The notes: generated by a model not told the origin, from the letters alone. Positions 1-13,210 are shown, counted from the first letter of the whole stretch. The stretch: DNA of 63,119 bases, filler included, from Pelomyxa schiedti (GCA_020536535.1; 9 parts of 9 records of this genome joined end to end with filler, not necessarily neighbours in it); one strand, 5' to 3'. Program-made: numbers and translations.

Positions 1-1397
1 CCAGATCTCCCCAAAAATCTAGTGAACAACAAGTCACCATAAGTGCATGCAAAGAAAGGCCTTTACGCAGAGGTAAGTTCAGGACTGCCCCGTAGTAACG
101 ATGACAACTCGGAAAGGCCATATGGGCCACAAGAATTTTCTTGCAAAAGTGCCAAAATATGTTGCACCTACGAAGTGTGTCACATATGCAGGGAACTAAC
201 GCCAAACGACCTCGTTGTCCAGCAAAGACGACGGTTGAAACGCAATCAAAACGGGCTAGTTACTGGAAGACCACTTTCACTTCTAAGCCTCCCGCCTCTA
301 GACTCAGAGATCTCTCCTGAAACCCTTCTCGGACTGGAGGGAGGTGATTATGACCCATATCCACGCCCCCCCGTCATGTCCCCAATCAGTTGCTGCAGAT
401 CTCTGACGTTGCCAAATAAATTAAGTAGAAAAAGGTTGCCTCGCCGTGATTTCAAATTTTGTTCCTTTTTCCGCATACAGACATGAGGGCCAAGGTCGGT
501 GTCGTCGCCCATTTTACTCCCACTTCGCTTTTTTTTTTTTTTGTCGCCCTCGCTTTTTAATTATTGTACCGGAACTGTTCTAACGACGCTCTTTTTTTTT
601 AGTGGAGGAAGAAGCGGCAACGCCGCCTGAAGCGTAAACGCAGAAAGATGAGAGAAAGATCGAAGTAGATTTACTCTCCTACGCAAACCCTTCGCTTTGA
701 CGGTGAGTCCCACATCACCCACAAAAAAAAAAAAAAACATAAAAAACCAAAAACACAACAAAACGATACAACCACAATCTCATCCGCTGTTCAAGACGAT
801 TAACACCAACCACAGGGACAATGACTTGCACTGTCGGCGAACGAGCTCTCCACGTGAGGACCCCTCCTCGTCAACAAACCACTGTCTTGTCGTTGTGTTG
901 GGTCTATTATTCACCCACTCCACACACAACAAAAATAAAAGGGAAATAAGAAAAAGTTTACCCTCATCAAACCCCTGTTTCTTTTCTTTCTTTCCTTCGT
1001 GGTAACCGAGTTTTTCGTTTCGTGCCGCTTTCTGCGTCTCTCTTGGAAACACTTGGTGGCTGGTTTTTTTGAGCCTGACCGCCGATCCACATTCACGTAT
1101 CGGCAGGGTGTGCATGCATCAACCCAATCAGGATCTTGGGGGTATCACGCAACTGCAGGGTCTAAATGGAGGAACACTTAGGTTTAGCATTGAAGGAAAA
1201 ACAATGAAAACCGTTTGTTTGAAAAGCGGCTCGTTTATCAATTTCTGCCAGATTTCGTGAAGACGGAAAAGATCAAAAAAAATTTACACAAACAAAGACA
1301 AGGAAAAAAAAGCTACGAGGTAACAAACGACCGTAAAAGCGACACAAGCTACATTCTGCGACACTACTTATAGCATATTAGATAATACCCAAACGAT

Positions 1398-3573
1398 ATG
1401 GCCGACGCAACCCCACTTCCTGCTGGATGGAGCGAAAGAGTGGACACTACCTCTGGGAAGAAATACTACGCAAACTTGATCACAAGGGCTTCTCAATGGG
1501 ATAGGCCCACCGTTCCCGCTGCGTCGCTCGCCACCCCGCAGCAAATCGCCGCTTACGAGTTGGCTCAAAAGCAGGCCGCAGCCCCCGTTACTACAATTAC
1601 TACTAATACAGGCGCTGTGCAACCCGTCGCTACAACAACAACGCAGCCCCAGGTGGCGAACACTGCTGTACAACCTACGCAAACAACTACTCCGGTTGTA
1701 GCTGCGGCCAATCCTGCTCAGGAGCCCCTTCCCGAGGGCTGGGAGGAGAGGAAAGACCCAACCTCCGGCCGTGTGTATTTTGCAAACTTGGTTACACGTA
1801 CCTCTACCTGGGAGAGGCCCAAGTTGCCTGCGGCTGCGTTTGCCCCAGCTGCCAATACTCCTGCTGCAACTCCAACTGCACAACCAGTTGTTGTAACTGC
1901 AAACCCCGCCTCTACAGTTGCGACAAACCCCGCAACAACCCCAGTCACTCCCGCCGCTACACCAGTTGCTACGGCAACAGTCACTCCCACAGTAGCAGCT
2001 ACTCAACCTGCGACCGCTACACCAGTGGCCACCCAACCACAACCAGCTGCCCAAACACCCGCCACACCTACACCCGCCCCAGCAGCAACGGTAAGCCTCC
2101 TATTCTACCACTTCACGTTTACTAATTCGTGTAGAATCCCCTGGAACCTCCTCCTTGTGGATTATGTCATAAGACATCCCGAATACCCATGGAGTGCCCT
2201 AACTGCAAAGGAGTCGCTTGCAAGTAAAAATTGTACAAAATACCTTATACACTCTTATTTGTTTCAGAGAATGTATTGAGCCTCTAGCCTCCTCCGAATG
2301 CCCACTCTGTCATAAGCCTGTTACTGTTGCCCAATTGAAGGACAAAATGCCACCGAACTTCGAGGAGCGCTTCGATGCTACATCACAACGAGTAAGCAAT
2401 AATTTTCTCACTCACGCCTTCTAACCTTGTTTCAGATTTACTTTGTAAATGTTGTTTCCAGAACCTCTCAGTGGGATAGGCCTAAATACCGTATGTGCTA
2501 ACATCCTCTATTTTAAGTTGACTCCACGTAGCTGCGCCTGCGTCCGCTCCTGCACCCACGCCTGCTCCAGTGCCTGCTGCCACTGTAACTGTTGTACAAA
2601 CCACCTCGACACCAGCCACACAACCTACAGCAACACCTACCCCGACACAAAATCCCACTCCAGTCAATACAACTCCCGCTGCCACAGTCAGCACTGCCCC
2701 CACAACTACTCCTGCAACTTCTACCCCAACTCCAGGCGCAACAACAAGCACACCAACCCCAACTCCAAATCCTACTACACCAACTCCGAATCCATCTGCA
2801 CCAGGTGGCGGCCCTGTGGCGGGCACCAACCCTAACTCCAGTGTCAGACCTCTCAAGGTACCTTGGCACGAGCTTTAGGCAAAAACACTAACCCTTTTGT
2901 AGTTTGTGACTGTTGGTGATGGCGCTGTAGGAAAGGTTTCCTCTCCATTTTACCACCCAGTGTTCTAATTCTGTTCAGACTTGCCTGCTAATTTCTTATA
3001 CTGCCAATGCCTTCCCTGAAGAATACGTGCCAACTGTGTTCGATAACTATTCATGCAACGTCATGTTTGAGAGCAAAGGCTACAACCTTGGGCTGTGGGA
3101 CACAGCCGGACAAGAGGAATACGATCGACTCAGGCCTCTCAGCTACCCACAGACTGACTGCTTCTTCTTGTGCTATAGCATTGTTTCTCCTGCATCTCTT
3201 GACAACTGTCGCGAGAAGTGGAATCCAGAAATCACTCATCACTGCCCAGAAGCAAGAACAATTCTGGTCGGACTCAAGAAGGATCTTCGCAATGACAGCG
3301 GCCTCGTTGCCAGCTTGGCCGAGAAGAAACAACACCCAGTGACCACCGATGAAGGTGCCAAGATGGCCAAAGAACTCGGCTGCGTCAAGCACCACGGTAC
3401 CGCTTTACCTTTTCCAATTACCCTCTGCTCGTAACTAACAACTACCTACAGAGTGCAGTGCCAGGACACAGGAAGGACTTGTGGCCCTGTTCCATGAAGC
3501 CATTAAGGTCTGCCTCTCTCCAGCTACCAAGCAATCAAGTGGCAAGAAGAAAGGAGGTTGTTGCCTGTTGTAA
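1398..3573 (+). CDS. WW-WW-RING-WW-(Pro/Thr linker)-Rac/Rho GTPase fusion with CAAX box, multi-exon
   Basis: WW1 [19 protein letters not shown] and WW2 [18 protein letters not shown]. Spliced C8 RING CGLC-x9-CPNC-x4-CKEC-x8-CPLC (2135-2330). WW3 [21 protein letters not shown]. GTPase motifs [42 protein letters not shown], ending GGCCLL* at 3573. All introns read as GT-AG in compatible phase. Confidence 0.88.
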
Positions 3574-3807
3574 TAGCCCTGGACACCAGAACCCGAACAT
3601 AAAAACCACACCCATACGAAACAAAAACAAAGCTAAATAGAACTTGCATTATTTCCTGTGTATTCATACTACACAAAGGTTTTTTTTTTCTTCCCATCAA
3701 TGAACTCCCTTTGTTTTGGGGATGACCGAGTGACGCGGCGAACCTCTCTTCTTGTCAACACAAAAGATCAACTACAAACCAGAACCCATAAGTGAGTGGT
3801 GGGGGTG

Positions 3808-6079
3808 ATGCGTGTAGACCGACACGTAGCAGTTGTTGCCAATTGCGTAGTCACACTGGTGCTACTCGTAAGCTGGTGTAACTGCTCTTCGTCATCTTCA
3901 TTCTCTGAGAGTACTGCAAGTGTTGTCGGCAGCCCTAGCACAAGTAGCAGTGTTGAGAGTTACTTCAGTGATTCTCACAGTCACAGCACAAGCGGCGGTA
4001 GCGGTGGCAGTGGCAGTAGTGGTGATTCTGGATCATGGGAATCGAGGGGACAATCACACAGCCAGCCAGTTGGGATTGTGAGTTCGTCGCCAACGTGGGG
4101 GGATGGTGTGAGTGGAAGCGGAAGTGAACAATCGTCAGCATCATTATTATCATCGTCATCGTCACTATCAAAGGCACCATTGTCAGGTAGCAGCGGCTCT
4201 GACGAGGGTGCTGTGTGGAAGAAGGCTGAGGCTGAGGCCATCTGTGACCTGTACAACTCGTTGAAGCCCTGGATATGGCTGGCCGATCCTTGCGTGGAAT
4301 ATCCTGATCAAATACCGTACAACGAGACTATATTTCGGGGACTAGAGTGGGATCCCGAAGGTCACATCACTTACATGTGCTGGTTTCCAAAACTCTGCTC
4401 CTTTTTGCGCACAGCTTCTTTATTGACTCTCTACAGAGGGCTGGACACCTTTGCTTCACAACAGGGAACTATTCCCGAGACATTGGGAAATATCACTCTC
4501 CTTTCTACCATGTACACCTGTCTTTTTTTTTTTTTTTTATCATTCCTTCCTCACTCTGCACTTACAGCAAGCTTGGATTCAATCGTATGAATGGAACCAT
4601 TCCACAATCTTTAACGAAGCTGACCCTGTTATACCAATTGTTGACCAACCAGCGATAATCTTTCAATATTAATATCGAATCAAGGAGTATTTTTAGCAAT
4701 GAACTCACGGGAGAACTTCNNNNNNNNNNNNNNNNNNNNNNNNNNNNNNNNNNNNNNNNNNNNNNNNNNNNNNNNNNNNNNNNNNNNNNNNNNNNNNNNN
4801 NNNNNNNNNNNNNNNNNNNTAGTAGTAAATACAGGTTACTAGTGCCGGACAAACCCCCACCCCACCCCATGCGCACACACCTGTCCACATAAATCAATTC
4901 CATGGAGTTATCAACCCCCAACTGCACCACCACCCCCCCCCCACAACAGGTTGCTGACTGACAATTTGTTCAGTGGACCCTTGCCCAGCTTTCCTTCAAC
5001 TGACATAATGACTGTGTAAGCCACGTTTCCCTCACCGTTTTATTGTTTCTTGTTTTTGCTTTGGTTATTTATAATTTAACACCGAAAAAGAGATCTCTCA
5101 TTCAATCAGATCAATGGAACAATTCCAGCATGCTTCTTCAACTCCACATCCTTGCGGAAACTGTGCATTCATTGTTTTCCACTTAAAAACACTAATAATG
5201 GCACTTCACAAGGAATTTGCAGCATAACATGTTGATTGGTCCACTGCCGGATCTTGGTTCTCAGCCGTGTAACCTTGGGACACTGTTGTGATTCCTTCTT
5301 TTTCTGTTTTGTTGTTTTCTCATGCAAACACACCACATCAGTGATGTGTCATCAAACCTCATTTCCGGAGAGATTCCAGTTTATCTGCTTGCAAGTTCCA
5401 AACTTTCCTCCCTGTACTACTCATTCTCATTGCGCACTTTTTTCTTCTTATAATTTCATATATATTGCGGGCTTCCCCAATCAATAATGATCCCTTCCAT
5501 TTTTTATTTAGAAATATGAGCAACAATCTTCTGGAAGGAACCATTGATGGATATGAATCTTATTCTTACTACACCTACTGCTTGTATGAGCTTCTTTCCT
5601 GAATCCAATGTGTCACCTAACCCCAAACAGTGACCTGAGCAACAACTTTCTGCATGGGACTATTCCACAAACCCTCACTGAAAAGGAAATCACGGTTTGG
5701 TGTGCCCCATTTCCCCCGATTGATTTTGCTTCAATTCACCTTAACCCAACAAATCTTGAATCCTGAGACAGAAACGTAACCATAACTACAAACCAGCAAT
5801 CTTGGTAACAATTGCTTTGAATGTGGACGTGGGAACAGTTCCAACGTCACTGCTTGTGGGTGCAACAACACAAGGCCCCAAGAACAGTGTCAGAATCCAC
5901 AATCACCCTCCTCCTCACTACCTTCGTCAGAGGCATCATCACCACAAGTGCATTCCTCTTCCCAGGAACCACTGGGCAGCATAAGTACAAGCAGTGCCAG
6001 TTGTTGCTATGGGTGCAACAATCTCGTTTCAGGTTTGTTGCTCCTGACTATGATACAAGTGCTACTACTGAGTGGTTGA
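3808..6079 (+). CDS. Secreted or GPI-anchored plant-type LRR surface protein, copy 1 (interrupted by gap 4720-4819)
   Basis: N-terminal hydrophobic signal and Ser/Gly tract. Cap EAEAICDLY..W..DPC. Exons of about 72 nt encoding LxxLxxLxLxxNxxxGxIP (QGTIPETLGNITLL, NRMNGTIPQSL, NQINGTIP). Cys-rich cap, Ser stalk, hydrophobic C-terminus LVSGLLLLTMIQVLLLSG*. Confidence 0.8.
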
Positions 6080-6382
6080 CGGTACCACCAAAGTCCAAGA
6101 AAAGAATGAAGTTTTTTTTCCTTATCCCAATGAAAACATGTCCAAAGGGGGCTCCATAAAGGACGTTTTCTTCTTTGTTGGGGGAGGTAGTGAGGACCCT
6201 CGCACAAACATAAACAACCAGCAAATGAAAAATAAAAATCCTTTCCCACAATTGAGCTCCCCGATCATTGGTGAGAATAAAAGAAGTCTCGAAGCCGAGA
6301 AAGCAATTCTCTTCGCGATTGCAAATATTGGGAGCCAGACTGGTCTTCATGCTCCACCACAACTCAAAGTAACATGCACTGG

Positions 6383-6535
6383 GAGCAACAGTTGATGGTG
6401 TGAATGATGGCTAGTTGTCCACATCATGTAAAAGGGGTTGTTACCATTAACTGCCATTTAGAGACATTCAGCACCTGCAACCAATCTGATGACAATGTAA
6501 CAACTAGCCATCATTCACACCATCAACTGTTGCTC
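6383..6535. repeat. Perfect 36-bp inverted repeat with 81-nt spacer (hairpin or MITE-like)
   Basis: gagcaacagttgatggtgtgaatgatggctagttgt (6383-6418) is the exact reverse complement of 6500-6535. Confidence 0.95.
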
Positions 6536-6567
6536 TTTTGGGGGTGAAAGAAAGGCCAATGATTCAT

Positions 6568-9382
6568 TTATGTCTCGGCTTCGATAAAAAAAAACTTTTT
6601 ATTCAATCGAATGTCATGAAAAACCAAATTGTGGGAAACCGAAACTTTTGCTGGTGGATACTTGCGAATGCAGCTGTGTCTCTTCTTAGTCCGCTTATGA
6701 TTGAGACTGCCATCAAGGGTTGGCCCTGGTTGAGCTGGAGGTGGCTCACGCTCAGTAATCCATGGCGATTGCAGCAATTTCTGCTTGAACTCCTGGGCAC
6801 TTGTCTGATCAGGGTGAGTGAGCATCAAGCACACACCCACCACCCCTGGTGAAAAATTCTTTCAGCTGGTGCTGTGCAGCTGGAAAAGGGCAGACTTTTG
6901 CAACCCAGGAAAATGGAGACCACAGATACGATTCTGGTTTCCCGTCCTTTGTCTTTTGTGATTTCTTGCACCACATCCATCACTTCCTTGATTTCCGGTG
7001 TTGTATCATCGGGTTTGATGCTCACAATGGACTGGGCACAGTGGGTTGGTGTCTCCACGATTGCTTTTTCGAAGATTGGTTGAAGTTGCATGAAGGTGTC
7101 GAGGAAAGAAAAGCTGCTTGCATTTCCGTCAGCTGGGCATTTCATGGAAGGGATCGCAATTGGCTTGACACCACCACCGCCAGACTGTTGTTGGAAAGAA
7201 GAACACAATCTCTTGCCCAGAGCAATGCTGTTGGAAAGCACATAAAATTTATTCCTGGACTCTGTCACCGCATCTTGCAAAACTTTACTCTGTGTGTGAA
7301 ACATAGAAACAGAGGCAGAAGTACAAACCTTTGATGTGGCAATTTTCTCGAGATTGACTTGGCAGACCCTCAGGTTCTCCATGGCGGACTTCACAGATTG
7401 TTGAACTCCGGTCTCCATGGCGCTGTTGCACTGGCTCACTTGCACTTGCAGCTCCTTCAGTTGCAATTCGGCATTTGATTTCACCTCGAGCACCTCAGTG
7501 CATTGCTTGATGAGTGCGTCGAGTATTCCTTTCAGTGATGCCCACAGTCTCTTTTCAGCAACAGGGAGGTGTTCCTGGTGAGGAGAGCTCGGCAGTCATT
7601 GCGGACAATGCCTGAATAAATCCATGCTTGTTTATCACAGAGAATAATCCCCAATCGAAACTGTCCTGTGTTCCAGAACATCCCCATTGCTCTGGGTGCA
7701 AGATGGTTTTCGGGAAAGCGATTGCGTGAGAGGGTGGCAACACTGGCTCCAAATGGGCTTGCACTGTCATGTTGGAAAGTGCCTGACGTCACATGTGAAT
7801 TAATTTGTTGAATCAGGGATGCACAAACTGTGAGATGGTCCTTGATTTGCTTTTTCACGAGAAGTGCCATTGGGTCTGCCTCAAGCTCACGCAGTATGAC
7901 TTCGCAGTATCGCACACTTTCGTCAATGCTTGAAACAAGCCCTTGGAGTTGAGTCTGCTGTTCTCCGACTTCAGCCACGGCAGAGGGAGCACATCTTGAG
8001 ATCTTCTTCTCTCTCTTGAGAGGACAACCTGAGCGAAGAAAACTCCCTTTCGACTTGTTCTGACATCAGTTTGATGTGCTTCAGAGGGAAAGAAGTGACA
8101 ATGAGCTGCACAGACAATTGTTTTTGCAGAGAGGTACCGTACCAATTCAGAGTCATCACTGATCGACTTGAGGTGGACAATTGCTGAATCAAGCCTGCTT
8201 TTGCACAGATTCAAAGAGGTGCAAAGTTTGCTCAATTCCTTCCTGGCTGACTGAATCACATGTTTCACAGTGAAGAATTCGTGACTCTATTTGGGAAGGG
8301 TAAGTTTGCCTGTGCCTCAATACTTTTGGTGGGAGTGTGCAATGAGAGTAAGTACTCTGTGAAAATTAATTTGACATGATGAAATGAACGAGTCACAGGA
8401 TGTGCAATATAACTTCGCTTTTCGGCCGTCATGAATGCACTTGAATGATCTTTTTGCAGTCGTTTTTTTCTAATTACTGCTCAGTATTGGGGAACCAGAA
8501 TGCTTCAGAAGTACTCTTTCCGCAGGAGCGTGATCATGGAAGACTTCATGGAGAAAATCAGAGCAGCTTTTGCACAGGCTTTTATCACACTGGGGCCAAA
8601 ACACAACAGCCAGGAGCGTGCATCCCTTTTTAGCTTATTTTTATGGTCAGCAAATCCCAAAAATACCGCTTCAGTCACACCACAATTCACAGGGGTTGCA
8701 ACGGTTTCCAGGTTTTCAGAAACAGCAAGTGGATCAATTTTGAGCACACTTTCCAGCACCTTCACCAAGTAGCCACTTTGGGCATCACCCCCACCACCCA
8801 GCGACAACAGCCCTGATTCTTCTGGCGACGAATTCTCAACCTCCAACATCCCTGCCAAGCTGATCACTGGGAATCGTGAGCCACACACTGGGCACACCAC
8901 CGCCCATGTCACCGACACCGCACCCCCGCCACTTGTTGTCATTGCTGCTGCTGTTCTGGGGTTGCTGTCAGTCATGGGCACTTGTGCGTCAACTGCGGCC
9001 GTTGCACAGCCAACACCACCACGAGCGACGGGTCCGCTGTTGGCGTCGGCTGCTGTGTGTTGTTGTCCGCGGAGGCGGTTGGTGACACAGATGCAATCGG
9101 GACAAGCTTGATGCATCCCAGGTTCACTCCGTGCAAGCACGGCAACAGCCTGTGTGGTGCACCGTGCGTGTGTTTCATGTTGGTGAGGTATATTTTGACA
9201 ACACAACGCAACACACACAGACACGCGGACAGACACACAGACCTTGGGTCAGAATAAGGCATGGAGCAACATGGACATGTTGTCCTCCTGCCCCGATTGT
9301 TGTGGTTGTTGTGGTTGTTGTTGTTGCTGTTGCTGTTGCTGCTTGTCACGCTTGTTGTTCCGCCTGTTGCTCCTGCGTCCAT
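6568..9382 (-). CDS. TRIM/RBCC-like protein: RING, two B-boxes, coiled coil; 3' end approximate
   Basis: CPCCSMPYSDPR|LLPCLH..GC..CPVC RING. GCTLLAVVFWPQCDKSLCKSCSDFLH..H B-box. KCIHDGRKAKLYCTSCDSFI B-box. Long heptad-rich exons at 6825-8270. Some junctions unresolved. Confidence 0.62.
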
Positions 9383-9688
9383 TCTTCTTCAAACAAACCA
9401 CCACGATTGGAATGGCCCGGTTGGTTGGACTTTTTGATTGACTTTGGCTCAGACCAATGTGTCTCTTGCACAAATGCTCAGGTAAGTTATCACTCAAACT
9501 GTGTTGCTCAGCTTGCTACTGGTAATCTAAATCCAGCCTCGTCGAAAGTGGCTTCTGGGCTGCGGTGCCAAATTGGATTTTGATAGGAGGTGCAGGCAAG
9601 TTTTAGACTGCCATTGCTTGTGCCATAACATGCATGGTACAAAGAGACTCCCTTTTTTTTTTTTTTGACTTTTTAGCGACCAATCGAC

Positions 9689-12600
9689 TTGAAGGGCGCT
9701 GAAACCTCCACTCCGAACAGTCTCTTGGACCAAGTTTTCAGCAATTCCATCGCTAATCTTGGGAGGGTGTGTGCCGAGCTTGCGAGTCCACAGTGTACTT
9801 GTCGTCACCTGTGCCTTGAAAGCAAAATTGGAAGCGAGGGAGCAACAATCATCGCGAAAGCACTCGAATCAAACAAGTCACTCGTGTGTCTGAATCTCAG
9901 AGGCACGTGCCTTTATCCATTGTGCTCTTTCTCAATTCTCAAACGATGGTTGACTCCACTCAGACAACAAAATTGGGAGCGAGGGAGCAACAATCATCGC
10001 GAGAGCACTCCAATCGAACAAGTCACTCGTATCTCTGGAAATAAGCAGTGTGTGCCCATTGTGTTCTCTCTAATTCTCAAATGATGGGTTGCCTCTGCAA
10101 AACAAAATCACCCAGACAACGAAATTGGGAGTGAGGGAGCAACAAGCATTGCGAGAGCACTCGCGTTGAACAAGTCACTCGTGTCACTGAATATATCATG
10201 TGTATTCCCATTGTGCTCTCTCAAAAATCTCAAATGATGATTGACTCTAAAGAAATCATCCAGACAACGAAATTGGGAGTGAAGGTGCAACAAGCATCGC
10301 GAGAGCACTTGAATTGAACAAGTCACTCGTATCTCTGTATATAAGAAGTGCGTTCCCGTCGTCCCATCGAGTTCTCACAATTCTGAAATGATGATTGACC
10401 TTCCAAAACAAAATCACCCAGATAACGAAATTGGGAGTGAAGGCGCAACAAGCATCGCGAGAGCACTCGAATCGAACAAGTCACTCGTGTCTCTGGATAT
10501 GTCATGTGTGTCCCCATTGTGTTCTCTATTAATACTCAAATGATGATTGACTCACCGAAACGAAATCACTCAGCCAATGGAATTGGGAGCGAGGGAACAA
10601 CAAGCATCGTGAGAGCACTCCAATCGAACAAGTCACTGATGTCCTTGAATCTCCATCGTGCTCTCTCAAAATTCTCAAATGATGATTGACTCTGAAAAAA
10701 TACAATCACTCAGGCAACGCAATTGGGCGTGAAGGTGCGACAATCATCGCGAGAGCACTCGAATCGAACAAGTCACTCGTGTCTCTGGAAATATCATGTG
10801 TGTCCCCTTTGGCTCTCTCAATTCTCAAATGATGATTGACCCTCCAAAACGAACTCCTCAGCCAATGGAATTGGGAGTGAGGGAGCAACAATCATCGCGA
10901 AAGCACTCGAATCGAACAAGTCACTCGTGTATCTGAATCTCCATAGTATGTGCCTTCGTTCCATTGCGCTCTCTCTCAATTCTCAAATGATGGGTTGACT
11001 CTTCACCCAGACAACGAAATTGGGAGCGAAGGTGCAACAAGCATCGCGAGAGCACTCGAATCGAACAGGTCACTCATGTCCCTGGATATGTCAGGTGTGT
11101 TCCCATTGTGCTCTCTCACACAATTCTCGAATGATGGGTTGACTCTGCAAAACACAATCACTCAGACAACACCATTGGGAGTGAAGGTGCAACAAACATC
11201 ACAAGAGCACTCGAATCGAACAAGTCACTCGTGTCTCCGAATCTAGGAGGTGTGTCTCATTGTTCCATTGTACTCTCAAAGTGGTGACCCTTCATTCACA
11301 CAGAGATACTGTTCTTTTGGTTTACGTGGGTGATTCATCCCACTTTGGGTGCTTCTCTTCTGGTCTTTCTGCAACCTCAAACTTCTGCATTTTCGTGCCC
11401 TACTGTTGGTGGCACCAAATACCCTCTAAACTCGGACATTTGGCTTATCTCAGGAGGCCCAAAAATACACTCTCTGATGCCCTCTTTGAAATTCCCATTG
11501 AGATTCTCGATTCGCGGAATCGCCCTCCCAGTTACGATATCCATATTCCACTATTCTATTGAATCTTCCCCTCCATTTCTCTGACAAAAAGGGTCACACC
11601 CCACTGCAATGGGACTTGCCACAGGCAAAGAATACTTTGTGAATAACTTCAAAAACTCACCTATAAATTCTGTATGGACTCGATCGGTGATGCCAGCAAC
11701 ACGAGCCAAAGAAATTCCTGTAACTAGCACACAAACAGCCAGCCCGTCTTTGTACTCTCCAAATTTATCACTCCCGTTTGCCCAACGGTCATCAGCAGCA
11801 CGCAAACTGGACACTCCTGCACAAACACCTGAAACACTCACAAGTGCGGCAACAGCAACACCATTTCAAATTCAAACAGCCAACGCAGACCAAACGTGTT
11901 TCTGGCTTGAATCTATTGGTGTGGACGATGACTGCTTGAAAATCATTAGAGCAAACAAACTGAGAGGAAAAACACTTGCCAATTGCTCCGTTCAACAATT
12001 GTGTGACCTTGGCCTCGTTTTTGGTGATGCAAAATTCATTGTCGAGGAAGTCAAAGCACATTTATCAAGTCAAGAGCAATCGTCATGCAGTTCGCTCAAG
12101 TCGACAGGTGCAAAAATCCTCACTTCTCTATGGTTTTTCTCACATTTTTTCAGTGGGAGCAGAATCTCTTTTCAGTGCTGAGATGAATTACAAGTGCTTT
12201 GCGTTTGTTGTTGGAAATCAATCTTATGGGAAGCGTTCACTCGAAAACGCCATTCATGATTCAGAATCAATTTGTGAGGTATCTTCCATTTTCCCAACAA
12301 ATTCTGCTTTTTACATTGAATACAATTGCAGTTCTTGAAGAAAAGATGTCAATTTGAAGTGGTCCGCCACACGAACATCCCAAATCTCGAAGTATTCGAT
12401 AGCCACTTTCGAAAATTCAAAGAAACACTGATCAAGCAAAAAATGGCAGGAAACAAGGTTTGATTTGGTCTCTTTCCCTTGTAGAATTTTGGGAATTGAC
12501 AGGCATCAGGTTGCAAGCATATTTTATTTTGCAGGACATGGAAGGCAGGTGGATGGACACAACTTCCTGCTGATGACTGACGACGAGATTGCTTTCGAGG

Positions 12601-13210
12601 AGACCAGTTACGACCTCATGGAGCTCAAAGCACCTATGCTTGGCACCGTGATTGATGGAATGAAGAGATACTCTGACCTGACAATCGGCATTCTTGATGC
12701 TTGCCGCCAATCCAATGACAAGGGTGGCTCCAAGGTGACTATAAGCTCTTTCATTCTTATTCAGGACATTGGTCTTCTCAAATTGGCAGATACGTGGATC
12801 CGAACAACCAACGGAACTCCAATTGACGAAAGAAGACTTCCGTGCCGGGTGCATTTTGATTTATCCAACAAGCCCAGGTTTTTTCCCTCCTTTGGGTTTT
12901 CCCTGAATTCAACCTGTCTCGCTTCTTCGCATCTGAAACGCACAGGGAGGACAACACAGGATGTTTGCACCCTCCCAAACAGGCGGAACCATGGATTCTT
13001 CACTGGTTGCTTCCTCGAAGGTTGCTTTGCCTCCATTTCCAACCCCCGCTTTCTTACATCACACGCGTTCCAGTTGTTGAGAATGCGGAACCCGGCACAT
13101 CGTGGAACGATCTGGAGTCCGCCATTATTCAGATTGTACAGAGGGAATCTCATGACGAACAGACACCATGGATCTCAAAGAGCTCTGGGCTTCGCTTTGC
13201 TCTCTTCTAG
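9689..13210 (+). CDS. Ribonuclease-inhibitor-type LRR array, SAM domain and caspase-like (C14) peptidase; start uncertain, single-transcript linkage inferred
   Basis: Ten 28-aa repeats NxIGSEGATxIARALESNKSLxxLxL. SAM-like QTCFWLESIGVDDDCLKIIRANKLRGKTL..QLCDLGLVFGDAKFI. C14 motifs AFVVGNQSY..LENAIHD, FYFAGHG (His at 12537), ILDACR (Cys at 12702), IYPTSPG, GFFT, EQTPW; stop at 13210. Confidence 0.75.
9820..11300 (+). repeat. Tandem exon+intron unit of about 150 bp, ten copies (84-nt phase-1 LRR exons)
   Basis: Examples: exon 9964-10047 and exon 11166-11249. The introns also share sequence (ccattgtgctctctc..ttctcaaatgatg..ttgac..cag). Confidence 0.92.

Noticed and set aside
43-1260. Short ORF-track entries, and antisense ORFs over Pro/Thr/Gly-rich exons throughout the window
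   Set aside because: No recognisable domains. The antisense ORFs are shadows of low-complexity coding sequence.
9820-11300. Regularly spaced repeat array as CRISPR-like
   Set aside because: The repeats are 84-nt coding LRR exons and the spacers are homologous introns. No cas genes, and the context is eukaryotic.
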